DNA of 56,402 nucleotides, filler included, from Sphacelaria rigidula (Eukaryota), in the NCBI GenBank assembly GCA_964200075.2. It is 5 parts of 5 records of this genome, joined end to end, with 100 filler letters (N's around TTAATTAATTAA, not from the genome) between each part and the next. Parts side by side here need not be neighbours in the genome. Positions count along the whole stretch, not along the records: positions 11,303 to 22,503 come from CAXNAA020005246.1; positions 22,604 to 33,803 come from CAXNAA020005247.1; 3 more parts are not named here. The stretch is one strand, 5' to 3'. Below the pieces are notes generated by a model, which was not told the origin of the DNA, did no database searches, and saw only the letters and a list, made by a program, of their open reading frames with translations. Numbering within the stretch: the first letter of the stretch is position 1; every line of letters starts with the position of its first letter. The position numbers and the translations under genes are program-made. Of the stretch, positions 13,798 through 25,978 are shown piece after piece.

Positions 13798-15775
13798 CTA
13801 TCTGCACGTGGTGAACAGAACCCCCGGATCCGTGGCAACTTGTGCGAAAGCGTTTTCATACCTGAAAAAGAAAACACTGGCCAGCAGCTTCACGCCCTCG
13901 TCCATTTCCACCCTGAGCCTTCCATCTTTGTCCGCTAGTATCGCTTTCGTGAAGAGGTTCGGCGTGCGAATGGCCTTCAGAACGAAATCCCACATCTTCA
14001 GGAAAGAAATCCCGGACACATGTGGTAAAAACTCGCACCCGGCCAGCAGATGGGTCAAAACGAACAGCGCCACCTTGATCGATGGTGTCAACCCATCGTA
14101 CTGGCCGTCGGGCGGCCAAGCACTCTCGCTTCCGTCCCTCAGATTCTCGATCGCATTGTACACCCGGTTCACCAGTATAAACCGGGGACCACCATTCACG
14201 ATGCGTTTGACAGTGACTAGCACGGCGCCTGCGCCATGCGGCTTGATATACCCGGAGGATATCGCCAGAAGTACAATGATCCACTCATCAGTGTCGCTGG
14301 AAGTCACGAGCCAAATCTTCAGGGATTTCCCGAACAACCTTCCGGAGTGTATGATGAAGTGGACTGTGGAAATCTCTCCCTCACCTATGCCGGGTCCAGG
14401 TGCGCTGTGGATACTCCTATCAGGCCCACTGCTATCACGCCACCACAACAGGTGAAGTTGCGAGACACGAGGAAAAGGGTCGGGGAGCGCGTCACTGTGC
14501 GCGCGTGATCCTCCTGCCCCCGCTTCCCCTCCCCCTCTCGCAGCTTGCCAACGCGGCAAGATACGATCGCGGAATCTCCGCAACCCCTGCGCGGGTGCGT
14601 CGACTAGTGTTCGGCGTCGTCGTCGGCGCCGGCGCCGCCACGCTTGGTCGCTGGCCCGTCACCGTCGCAAGATATGTCCGCGGGGCCGCCTCTGCCATAC
14701 CTCCGTCGTCGAAGCGCCCGTATGCCGCACTTGCTGCCGCCGGTGGCATCGCCGGTCCCCTTTCCCCCCGTCCGCTTGATGTAGCCGGAATTCCACTGGC
14801 TGGCCGCAACCGCGAGCCCGCCGCCGACAACACTCGCCCGTGTAGTTGCCCCTGCGGTTTTCCCCCTCGCTCCCCCCCACGGTAGCTCGCCCATCATCGC
14901 TGCCGCGTTTCACTGCGGGGTCGCACCCCCCAGACCGCAAGCAACAACACCGGCGCCTACCGTCGCGTATCCCGCTCTGTCGCCCCTTTGCTCGCCTGAT
15001 CCCGCCGCCGCCGCAAACTGCCGGGCGGGTCTTCGCACCCTATCACCCACCACGCTCGCGTCGGCAGTATGTCCTATCAACCCCCCCCACTTCTCAGCGC
15101 TGCGGCTTGGCGTCTGTTGGCAGGCCCTGCTTCTCCCTCACTGTCCGCGCCCACGCTGCGTGTCCACCACAGGCTTGCACCTAGTGGCCGCCGTCGTCGC
15201 CACTCTCCCTCCCCACTCCCGTCCAACGTGTCTTCCTCCTCCTACTCCTGCCGCGGCCGTTGGCGTGAAGCCTCTGACAACAGGCGGCATGCTGACCCCG
15301 TGAGTGACGATCAACGGTCCTTCATGGTTCTCGAGTAGTATCCGCTTGAAAGCACCTGCGGCCAGGTAATTTCGGACAGGTGTGTTCTTCTCGAGAAGCA
15401 GACTCTGGAAGTGTGACCCGCGGGGAAGAGGCTTCGTGGATGTTGGATTAAACTTTGTGCCACATTTTTCGATCCTCTCCGTTCGCCCTCGTTGCTCGTG
15501 CGCCTTGATAATCCCCACGGTGTCAGGGTCGTCGTACGCCAGCACAACCAGCTCTGTCTTCTCGTTCGTCCACTCAGTGCGCACCTTCGCCGCGTGGTAG
15601 GCTTCGACTGCCGGGTAGCTACCCTCTGTGACGGCCTGGGGAGTTTCCCTGTGTGCCTCCACGGCATAGTCGACGGCATGCTCGTGCGCTATGTAATACG
15701 GATGCGGCTGTTCTGGATTGGGGCAAGCAGATCTTATCCATTGCACGGCGAGACTTTTGTTCAAGTGCCCTAAAC
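13798..15775 (-). pseudogene. XPG/FEN1-like PIN nuclease domain of the element
   Basis: Acidic motifs AVDYA, AYDD, GEGE, SSDTD and H3TH-like LAGCEFLPHVSGISFLKMW, split by a low-complexity insert and a frameshift. Confidence 0.75.
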
Positions 15776-16471
15776 CTGAGCAGGCAACACGGCGGGCAGG
15801 AATCAAGCGGGCAACGGGGTAGGATGGGCGGCACGTGAACGTGCGTCACGGAGGTATGCTTCGTTTGTTTTACGTCTGTTTCGAGTACTCGCTGTGGAAA
15901 CTTACTGAAATTCGGAACACCGGTGCACCACGGCTGTAATCTCCTGCCTGATGCCGAGGCGGCGGCGCCATCCGTATTCGTTCCCTCCCCCTCCCTTCCC
16001 CCCATTACCACGTCCCCACAGGGGGATGTTCAATACGTCTCTCACCTCCTTTAGAATTCAGGAGACTGCACGAGACAGACGCCGCTAGCTTGAGAAGCAC
16101 CCTCTCCTCCTCCTGGGAAATATTGGGCGCCCCCACGATCCCTCGCAATGCGGTCAGCAGCTCCTGCGTATACATCGTATTATTCTTCGTGTTGGACTTG
16201 AATGCAGAGCTTCTGCCCTGCGTGTTCGTGGGTTTGATCGCACCATTCCGGGACGGGATTGTATATACCTTTTGCTTTGTTGCGTCTTTTTTGGTCTTGT
16301 GGCCCAACACATAGCAGGCGATATTGTCCTTGAGATTCTTCTGAGACACTTCGGAGCACGACAGAACGGCCGCTGCATGCGGACCACTGAACACTCGCCC
16401 GTCTAGCGCATGCAGAACCTCTTTGCCAGCCGACGTGAAGTCAGGAGTACCGTGTAGCCTCTGATACACCT

Positions 16472-19014
16472 TTATCGAGGAAGGTCTGCCAGTCGAAGGA
16501 GGAAGTTGCCCGTGCGCAGGCCCGTCCGGAACGCCATATACGCTGGATAATAGTGGAGGACGAAGCTCTCCCACACTTGGAAGCTGTTGTGGTTTGCTGC
16601 ACGCGCCCGAACCCAAGCTCGAGTAGCAGGGACATCTTCCTTCCTCGTATGTATCTTCACCTTGTTCGCTATGTCGCGGAACTCTTGTGCTCACTACTCA
16701 ACGGTTTTATCGAGGGGATTATGATCGTTAGCATGTTCGCGACGCCGACCCTCGGCCGCCGCTGCCGCTGCCCCAGTGCAAGGGGGTGCCACTGATGCGA
16801 TGTCGGCTGTTGAGTCCGTTCGACTATCACCCGCCGCAGCTGGTTCTGCGCAGTCGGTAGGAGATGATTCCATGCTAACGGCGGCCGATGCTCCGGCAGC
16901 AGGGCCGCCCGCCACTTCCGCGCCCCCGGCGCCCGCCGGCGCTCTTCCGCTGTCGTCGGTGGACACGAACTGCACAGGTCCAGATTCTCGGAGGTCTACC
17001 AGTCCCATACTGGCGTGGAAAACGCAGAACACCGGTGCATCGAGGCCCACGATGCCATGCGTTGCCTCCCAGGAACAGTCCTCCCCGCGACATTGGAACT
17101 GCTCGGTATCTACGGGATCCAAAGGCGGAGGGCTCGGCGATTGCAATGGTTGCTGAGGCGTGCTGACGACGTTCGTCGGCCACGCAGGACCCGCGACCGC
17201 TGCGGCGAGAGAACCGGATGCCAGGTCATTACCGAATGGAGGTGCGGCCCTCTGCTCGTTCCGCATGGGCGGTGCGGGAGTGGAGTGCGCACGTTGTACT
17301 CCGGTGGGGGCGTTCGGCGGTATAGGAGTTCCTCCCGCGGCGCCCTGCAGCGGGGCGGCTGATTCCGTGGGGTCCGGCACTGGTACTGTGGCGGCAGCCG
17401 CGGCTTCAGCAGCCGACCCCGGCGCATCCCCAGCGTTGGTGTCTTCCATACTGGGTCCACGCTCGGAGTAGTACATGGCCACGATTTTGTCCCACATGGC
17501 TTCGAAGAACACGCAAATGGTGTGGTGCGCGACACGGTAGTTGCTAGCCTCCGATGATTTCCTCCCGTCCAGTCTAATCGCCTCCGCTACGTATTCTATC
17601 CCCGCCCCCCAATATCGCTTCGTGATCGCCTTCGCCATGTGATCTAGGAGGTGTCAGTCACCCACGTATATCCGGAGCCATTGGTACTCGCGGGGGTTAC
17701 TCCGTATGGGGTGGTACATAAACCGAAACGTCTCCTCGTCACCGGCAACCATACACGCAGCAGGCGCGCCCCTCTCACCCACGCGGCGTATGTCAGCAAT
17801 GCAGTCAATCGCTGCGTTCGAGTCGGCCCAGCTCTTCGTGCTCCCTAACTGCATGAAAAGTTACTTGAACACCTGGGGCTCCCGGTGCATCGTAGGTACT
17901 GCCTGCCTCGCAATTTCAACAGTGCGGTGGAGAGAGGACTGATGAGGTCGCTGCTGCACAGCGTTGTATATTCTCAAATCACTACTTAAACCCCGACCCC
18001 GTGGTGACAGTACCCACCGGGTCAAGGGATCATGCCGTAATTTCGCTTTCGTAAGTCATGCACATCAGCATATTGCGTTTGGACAATCATTTCCCACACA
18101 ACTCGTGCTATGCTGCCAACGTTGGTGTTGCAGCTGACGTTGTCACGTGGGGCGAAGGCGACAGTGTGGTCCCTCGGTGGGGGCGACGAATTGGCGTCTA
18201 CAGGGATATCTAACCCGCCCTACTCCCGCAGAATCCATGGCGGGTGCTGTGTGTGGATCAGCGGGGCACTACGACTGTGGGGGTGCAGAGCTGGTACTGA
18301 CACGCAAGAGACGACGCTGGAGTGGACTGGCGGCACACCCAATCGCACCCGCCGGAGATCAAGAAATCGACTTCGCACAGGTATTCAAACGCAACATACA
18401 GGCACAGATAACTCATCTCACCTGTCGAAGTTCGAGTTCCAAGCAAGTGTTGATGAAGCCATCCTGGCCTGCGATCCTTCCCGCGGCGCATCGAAAAGCT
18501 GCTTCGTCGAACACGGAGAGGTACTCGTCCCATTGCTCGCCATCCATGTGCCAGTTTGGTCCCGTGGTTACATCTGCGGCCACGAGCTGATCTTGCTTGC
18601 GATGGTTCTCTACGAAAGACAGGTCACCGCACGGGGTTTCCACCGCCACGCAAGTGGCAGCCACAGCACATACATGCACATCCCCCCCCCAGTAACAGCC
18701 ATCGCGGCCCGAAAGTCGCAGTTGTCCCAAGGGATCGCAGCAGCTCATAACGCAAGGGCCATCAGATGCTTGTTCAACCTCAACTTCACGAAGTACTGCT
18801 CGCGCTTGTATCGCATAGACTCGGTCATGCAGAAGCCGTGAGCGGCGACGTAATCTATGACCGCCACGGGTGTGCCGTGCGTTTTCAACACCTGCGCCAA
18901 ACTCAAGTCATGCATCGCCCTGAATTTCCGACCTAGAGCAGTCTTGAGGAGATTTTGCACCAGCATATAAAGCCTCCCAAGCTGCATCTTTCTCTTCCTT
19001 TTCTTCTTCCGCAA
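16472..19014 (-). pseudogene. Academ-type transposase core region (DUF6589-like GD..T / G.WH motifs)
   Basis: ORF pieces 18745-19014, 18413-18748, 17654-17854, 16694-17638 and 16472-16660. A TGA at 17654-17656 sits where W is expected in GDWH. Confidence 0.65.
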
Positions 19015-22000
19015 AGCCTCCTCCCGTTCTGTCGATCTGTGAGTCGTTGCGCTGTCACTTGACTCCCCATAGCGCTGATATTTGGCACACTCGTGATTGT
19101 TGTTGTCGCCCCTGCCCCGGCAGCGAGCCCCAACCCGGGGTCATCAGCTGGTACCGCCACATAGCACATACTGTCGAGCAAGCTCAACAGTGTCGACGGT
19201 GTATCGTGCTCCAGGAAATCTTCCACAGGCCGGATTTTTCTTTCCAAGTCGGCCGCATATTTTTCACTCGCGTTCGCCGACACATTATGCAGTACAGTTG
19301 CACCTTCGATGTCCTTCCTGACGATAGATCCGGCCGCTCTCACCAACGCCCGTTTATCCTCCGCGGACCCTTCAGCTCTGACGCGCTTAAGCGCGGACAC
19401 GAGTGGCGGACCATTGTGGAGCTGGGCGTCCAGGAGAGAGACCGTTCGTTCGAGTTCTTGTACCCTGGCGTGCATAGTTCTAAGATCCATATCAACTGTC
19501 GTTGCTACCTCGGGCGCCACCGCCGAAGACAGCAGGTACACGGACTTTCGTCGGCAATCACCTGCGGCCTCGCCAACCCCGCTCACCTCTTTCATCTTGG
19601 CGTGGGCTGTGCCGCCGCTCACCATCGTGCCGAAAATCGCCATAGCCTGATCCCGGTTGCGCCGGTCGCTGACAGTCTGGGCCCGTGCGGCCTTCCTAGC
19701 TTCTGTCAGCCACGATTGGACTTCCCCCAGGCTCACTATTCGCCCCGCCTCAAGGTTCGCTATTACCCTCCCGCGTACTTCTACGACGACGTCCGGGTCA
19801 GCAGGGGCAGGATCAGGAGTGAGGTCTACCGTTGAAGGCGTGGGACAACGCGCACGAGTGGACCTGGTCTTTTGCCTATCGCTGTTGCGTCTGTATCGCT
19901 CGAAGGAGGGCAGAAAGCAATCCTTCCGGCTACACAAGCAATCGGAACTAGGTTAGTAACCCTGCACAAGCACAGCGGGGCGCGCGCTACTGCCATCCAC
20001 ACACTGGAGGAATATCTCTGCCTCTGCAACCCGCGCGGGACCGAGAGGAAGCCAGTTTTTCCTTCGCCGGGCCCCGGTCGATGGCACGCCACGCATAGCC
20101 GCGATGCAGGGTCGTGTGTTTGACCACAAGATGGGCACATATACCACTGGCGTTCGACGAGGGAGTACGTGATGCCGCACTCCTCGCGACGACAGACCCG
20201 CTTCGGTCGTCGAGGACGGCTGCTTCCGCTAACGGGTTTCGAGTGAGCCGGCGCCGACTGCTCCATCATACAGCTATCACGACTTTCGGGATGCCCCTGT
20301 GCACCACGGCGTCGCGTCGTTACCCTCGTTCGGTCACCGTGTCGTCGATGCCTACCACAACGACCTTTGACGGGTGAGGTTTGCTTTCCCCGATCCCTCA
20401 TGACATCGTCGCTAGCCCCACTCGTTGGCATGGACGTAACCCACTCGTCTTCACGCCCCGCCGCAGATGCGCTGCCGCCGTCAGGACACGTTCCTGGGGT
20501 GAGGTTAGGCGCAGCAGCACAAGAAACCCTCTTCTTATTTTTGTTCCGCTTCGATCTTGATCTCGAAGCGTTGGAGAGTGTTGGTTTTGAGGAGCACGGC
20601 GAGCCGGGTCGCTTGTTGCGGTGTCCCGTAGGCATTGAAAAGTCGTCCGGCAACCCACGTGGAGGCTCAAGCGATGCGCTGTATGGGGATACGGGTGTTG
20701 CAACCACCCGAGGAAAATGTAATGCCTTCAGCCCGTGTTCCTTTGCTCGATCCCTGTGCTGCAATGCAACATCCTGCTGCTCAGTCCACGTGTCCCATGC
20801 GCTACTCACATCCGGTTGGTTGATCATGTTCCTCTTCCGTCTTGACGCCGATACTTGGGCGTGCGAAGGTGTACCTCTACCGGACCCAGGCGGGGCCCGT
20901 CTTTTTTTTTGTCTTGGCAGGTGGAGTAGAACTCCCCATCCCACAGGGTATCACGCCTGTAGTTTCTCGGCCTTCGCGAGTTGTCGTGCCTACGTCGTGG
21001 AGGATTGTCGTCGGCGCAATGGACGCCAATAGCTCCCGTGAGTTCACCTCCGACGCACAGGTACTACATACTGTGTGCGTCGGGCCTTCCCTGGGCGATC
21101 GCCTCTCTACTTTTCACTCTGCGAGCTCCGCCGGTCGTCGCCCCCACCCACCGCCTCCTCGGTTCGTACGGGTGCACCATCGACCACCGCGCCTGGCACC
21201 CGAGAGTCACAGAACAGTGCGATCGCCCTGTGTTTTCCATACGATTGGGGACTGGGCTCCTCTCCTACTGCGTCTTCGTCGCCGACGTGGCCGCCAGCAA
21301 TTGCCCTCATATTTGACATTGACACTGAAGGTTCTACGCCTGTCGGCCCAGAACTTCTCTCAACCACATTAGTGGCATGTGCCGGGCGGCATGGCAGCCG
21401 AAGATACGCAGGTGTTTCACTACCTGCCCGCGTGACATGCAACAACGCATATGTGCAAGAACTTAGTTCTGTGCAATATTTGATGGTTACTGAGTCAGGG
21501 TCGGGGAATCTTGTACATATGCATAACCCTATATATATTTCACGCATGCTCACGTCCTGCGTTTGGTTCGAAAGCCACAGTCATCGCCTGGAAGCAAGCA
21601 GTGAGTAACGTGCGATCATCACCTGCGATAGCTCGCGGGGTTACTATAATAGTAAATTGAAGATGCTTCTACCTCGGGATCGCTTCTGGTGTCGTATGTG
21701 ACGCCCGGGCTGCCCCGGGCGGCGTCTCAGCAGGCGCCCGGACGTCGCATCCCATGAGTTAGCCCTGGGGATCCTCTACATCTGCCGCGAGGGTATGTAC
21801 AGGGGAAGTGGTTGGGTGGGGAGTTGAACACCAACGCTTCTGATCGAGCGTGTCATCTACCTTGCCGTTCTCATGTTCTCGCCTCCTGTGGCGACGGAGG
21901 CATATGTTCTCTGTCGCATGTAGCGGTCGCGGCGTCCTATCATGATTGTGAAGTACCATTAAAAATGAGAAGTCGATATCTATGTCCATGTCAACGCCGG

Positions 22001-22503
22001 AAATCTCGACCCACGCCATGAGTTAGGTACTTGATTCCGGTTGTCAGATTACTAAATTGGATTCCTTCTCTAGCTCGGGACAGACATTAAGTGTGAGTTG
22101 TACATTCGCTTGCCCACAACGCGAGCCGTCGATTTATGATGCCCCCGCTGTTTTCAGAACGCGATGTAGATACGTCTTCATCACATTGCTATATACACAC
22201 TTGTACTCTATGTAGCGTTTTCTTCGAAACAGGCAATTCTAAATAATGAGGTTGCACGATGAAGTACGGTTGAAGCCCAAAACAGTGCTTCCCCACACTT
22301 TCAGCGATGGTGCCCAATGACTTTTTTTGTCAGCCTAACGCCCCTTGATCGCGTAGATACTTCTTCTGCGCATTTTACCGACTCTGTGAGCTTACCGCGC
22401 TAGCCGAAACCGTCGTTTCCCCTGATATCACCCCCCCCCCCCACCCCCCACACCCCCCGACACAACAAAAAACAGGAAAGGCGAGTAAAGCGAGGAGGCT
22501 AGA

Positions 22504-22603
22504 NNNNNNNNNNNNNNNNNNNNNNNNNNNNNNNNNNNNNNNNNNNNTTAATTAATTAANNNNNNNNNNNNNNNNNNNNNNNNNNNNNNNNNNNNNNNNN
22601 NNN
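22504..22603. other. Artificial contig linker
   Basis: 100-bp N-TTAATTAATTAA-N spacer. Confidence 0.98.
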
Positions 22604-23502
22604 GAGTCATTACTTTTTTTTACAACGAGCAATGAGTCGTGTGCTCGAGTCATTACTTTTTTTTACGACGAGCAATGACTCGTGCGCTCGAGTCATTACC
22701 TTTTTCTACAATGAGCAATGACTCGTGTGCTCGAGTCACTACTTTTTTCTACAAGAGCGATGGCTCGTGTGCTCAAGCCATTACTTTTTTTTACAACTAA
22801 CAATGACTCGTGTGCCCGAGTCATTTATTTTCCTTACAACGAGCAATGACTCGTGTGCTCGAGTCATTCATTTTTCTTACAACTAGCAATGACGCGTGTG
22901 CTTGAGTCATTTATTTTTCTTCCGACGAGCAATGACTCGAGTGCTCGCCCTATAAATGTACTATTAAAAAATAATACTCTCCGCCGCGTCAGCAGAACTC
23001 TGATCTCTGTGTGGGGCGAGGTGGAGATGGGGGTGCTTCAATAAAATAAACGAGCTTTGGAGCTTGACGTTTCTACGTGTGCAGATATGCACATGACCCT
23101 GAAGATTTTAGGTTCAAGATCGTCCAAGAGCCCATGATAACTATTTGCTCGTCGTTTTGCTGACTCCTTCACTCAAGTCGTTCATCACGAGCAATGACTC
23201 ATATGCTCGAGTCATTTACTTCTCCACAACGAGCAATGACTCGAGTGCTCGCCTGATTATTTTTTTCCACAACGAGCAATGAATCGAGGACTCGCCCTGT
23301 TGATTTTTTCCACAACGAACAATGACTCGAGTGCTTGCCTTACTATTTTTTTTCACAACGAGCAATGACTTGAGTGCTCGCCCTATTAATATTTTTCATA
23401 ACGAGCAATGACTCGAGTGCACGCCCTAATAATGTTTACGGCAAAGGAGCAGCCCAACGAGGGCGAGTGCCACGAGTCATACTCGTGCTCGTCCGACGTG
23501 TG
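22604..23502. repeat. 43-bp tandem array in two blocks, probably transposon subterminal repeats
   Basis: Unit ACGAGCAATGACTCGTGTGCTCGAGTCATT(A/T-rich)ACA starts at 22625, 22668, 22711, 22753, 22796, 22839, 22882, 22925, then 23187, 23229, 23272, 23315, 23358, 23401. Confidence 0.9.
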
Positions 23503-24066
23503 AAAATTTCGTAAAAAAGGACCCAAAACTGAGCAGCATAATCGCGTGTTCACATTCCTGTCTGCGTTCTGAGCAGCCCATCCCGTGTTCGGTGGGGGAT
23601 TTGAAACGGGCTTCTCTGAAAGAAGTCTCTGAGAAAAGTAGTTCCGAAACGCCCCTCCACGAGGCCCGATATACGCTTTCTGTAGTAGCTTGCCACTGGG
23701 GCCCTTAACATCCCTGAGTAGGATATCGGACGGTTAGCTGTGAGCACACGACAGTGTTACAGGCAAAGAAAAAACACACATGAAACGAGAAATTGGCCGA
23801 GTTGGAGCGAATAATAAAACTCACTCTCAATCAACGCTGAACTCTCAAATTCACGGAAACATTGTTTCGTCCGCTTACTGCCACCATTGACTTGGCATCG
23901 GGGTTTGCCTACCGATGGCACGGGTTTGTGTGTGGGTATGACACGAGACGAGGCGTCAGCTCTAGGAGTTCTCCGTGGTGGTCCTAGTCCTGCACGTAAT
24001 ATGTGCTTCAGAAAAACAGCGCAGAAGGCGGCGAAGTGAGATAGATGCTTGTGCAGTCCACCGGGC

Positions 24067-24102
<36 letters not shown>

Positions 24103-24825
24103 TGTGTGTGTATTCCAGTGCGTAGGAATGACAGCAATATGATAGTATGCGCACGTTGATGCTATTCTTATTGACCCATTTGAATTTTCCGGTGGGGACA
24201 TGGTTGAGACAGGAAAATGAAAGAAATAAGGCTCTGCCCGGCTCAGCATTGAAAAAAATACTGGAACTAAACAGGGGCCATCGCGACCCCCCAAAAGTAT
24301 TCCTTGAATATAGGGCAAAGTTTAGTCGACTTTTTGGGGGGGAAAATGAAGTGGTATTGGACGTTGGTGTCCATGCCTCTCTATGTGGACCGGTACGATG
24401 GTATCACGAGAGACTGCCTGCCGTTTGCGTCACCTCGTCAATCTGTACGTCGACCAGGCCACGCCTGTGATCCTGAAGTTCTCAGCGTTCAGTTGAAAAA
24501 GGGGTTGACAACAGGCGTTTGACGGTGTGCACACAACCCGCCTATTGATCGCACGACAGCGTCCACACGCTGGGTACCGCTGTGGTGGTATCTTGTTCCG
24601 AGAGCTCTCGCGCTACACTTCTGTGCGTTTGCATCGCAGACGGTTCGTTGCAAAAGGTTTGATGGGATGACGTCCTTGATGTTAAGTTAGATAACGAACG
24701 TCGCACAAGTCGGACAACCTGACGTTCAACTGCCTCCATTGAGAGGTGGTACTGTCTGTACATACAGCCTGCATCCAGCGTTGGTGATGATGGCTATTAT
24801 GGTTATTACTCATTTGATAATTATC

Positions 24826-24912
24826 GGAGGTATCTCAAAGTCGAGGTTCCAAAAATATTCAACTGAAAGTTATTGTAAAATATAGCGGGAATCTCGAGTT
24901 TGAGATACCTCC
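24826..24912. repeat. Short inverted repeat / mini-MITE
   Basis: ggaggtatctcaaagtcgaggttcc versus ggaatctcgagtttgagatacctcc. Confidence 0.6.
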
Positions 24913-25526
24913 ATTATTGAATTACCACTATTCTTCTTCTCCCTCTTACTCAGTATTTAGTGTTGCTATGAGGTATTGTTATCATCAGTATTTCTGCACA
25001 TTAGCCCGATCTCTCGATCCCGTGGCCACAGACGTCGGCTCGCCTTTCCAGTACCTTCACTGCTTCTCCTCACATACTGTATTATGTTGTGCTGAGTTAC
25101 AAGGACGACAAAACGACTGTTCCAACATCACGTCGATATCAAACACGCATAGAAACGACATGGTGACCCTACGTCTGACTTCACATGCAGCAGGAATATT
25201 CTTGACGCGAGTCTTGCTCTGGGCCCGGAGAGCTCGGGTTCGCCAATCACAGTCAAACCGAATGCGGTGGAACCACCCGTGTTTTGTGTTGCTTGTAGCG
25301 TTTGTATCGGCCGCATCCTTGATGCCCTTTCTAAACACCCCCTCCAGAGAATTGTCGGCGTGATTACTCACAGGGGAGGGACTTAGACGGGCTCCCTTGC
25401 TCTGCTCCAGTGCGGAGATGCGCAACCATTAGTTCATGCCTTGAGTTATTACATGACGTACCCTTACCGTGGATTTGAGAGCTGAGGTGAAGACGAAACC
25501 ACGGTCAGCAACTGCCGCATTTTTTC

Positions 25527-25939
25527 CAGGGGTCTACACGTTACACGTGACACACTCGAAAAAATGTGATTTCGGGCCACTTAACGTTACGTGAGTTTTG
25601 ATTTTTTGGACGGGAGAAATGTAACGTAACGTGATGTGACGTGTGGTCGTTCGAATGAACCCTGGCGTAGCGTTTTACTTTCCAAATGTGACGAAAACTC
25701 TGCTTGTTTCCGTGAATTTGTAACGTGTCACGTGTCAACTTGAAAAAACACAAAAACAGCCTTTTTTTTACATCTGGAAAATCGCAAGAAACACTGCTTC
25801 AAGGTCCACACGTGAGATCACGTTGCGTTACGTTTGTCCCGTCCAAAAAATCAAACCTTACGTAGCGTTAAATGGCCCAAAGTTATGTTTGTTCCAGTTT
25901 TTTTCAAAATGTGTGAAGTGTGTAACGTGTATATCCCTG
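25527..25939. mobile_element. hAT-type MITE with 8-bp TSD
   Basis: TIR caggggtctacacgttacac / gtgtaacgtgtatatccctg; perfect TSD ATTTTTTC at 25519-25526 and 25940-25947; internal inverted symmetry rich in ACGT motifs. Confidence 0.85.
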
Positions 25940-25978
25940 ATTTTTTCCTTGTTCGTGTGTAGGTCTGAGAACGGTACT

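Larger units (their letters stand above)
12682..21370 (-). mobile_element. Academ-superfamily (AcademX-like) DNA transposon coding region, degenerate and intron-containing
   Basis: Collinear minus-strand ORF pieces match Academ protein order: GDEETFRFMY...WLRIYVGD*HLLDHMAKAITKRYWGAGIE; FQVWESFVLHYYPAYMAFRTGLRTGNFLLRL; SLLNSKGG|LGHLNKSLAV; VVLAYDDPDTVGIIKAHEQRGR; GEGE..VTSSDTD..LAGCEFLPHVSGISFLKMW; PDLDACKKH..NERGWGIE; CACNP..CRSCRCLGHCTLSCGC. It has in-frame stops and frameshifts. No TIR pair is seen within the contig, and the 5' boundary is approximate. Confidence 0.75.

Noticed and set aside
17654-17656. In-frame TGA as selenocysteine or readthrough
   Set aside because: It falls at an expected Trp (TGG>TGA), and the same ORF has TAA/TAG stops and frameshifts, so decay is simpler.
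12947-21608. Many long plus-strand ORFs (e.g. 13604-14455, 18110-18841, 19047-19835)
   Set aside because: Antisense shadows of the GC-rich minus-strand coding region, with no motifs of their own.
22604-23430. CRISPR-like array of palindromic repeats
   Set aside because: Linkers are short, T-rich and similar to each other rather than unique spacers; no cas genes; eukaryotic context.
11303-23502. 43-bp array as the end of the Academ element
   Set aside because: They are on different contigs separated by an artificial linker, and no matching sequence lies at the other side of the element.
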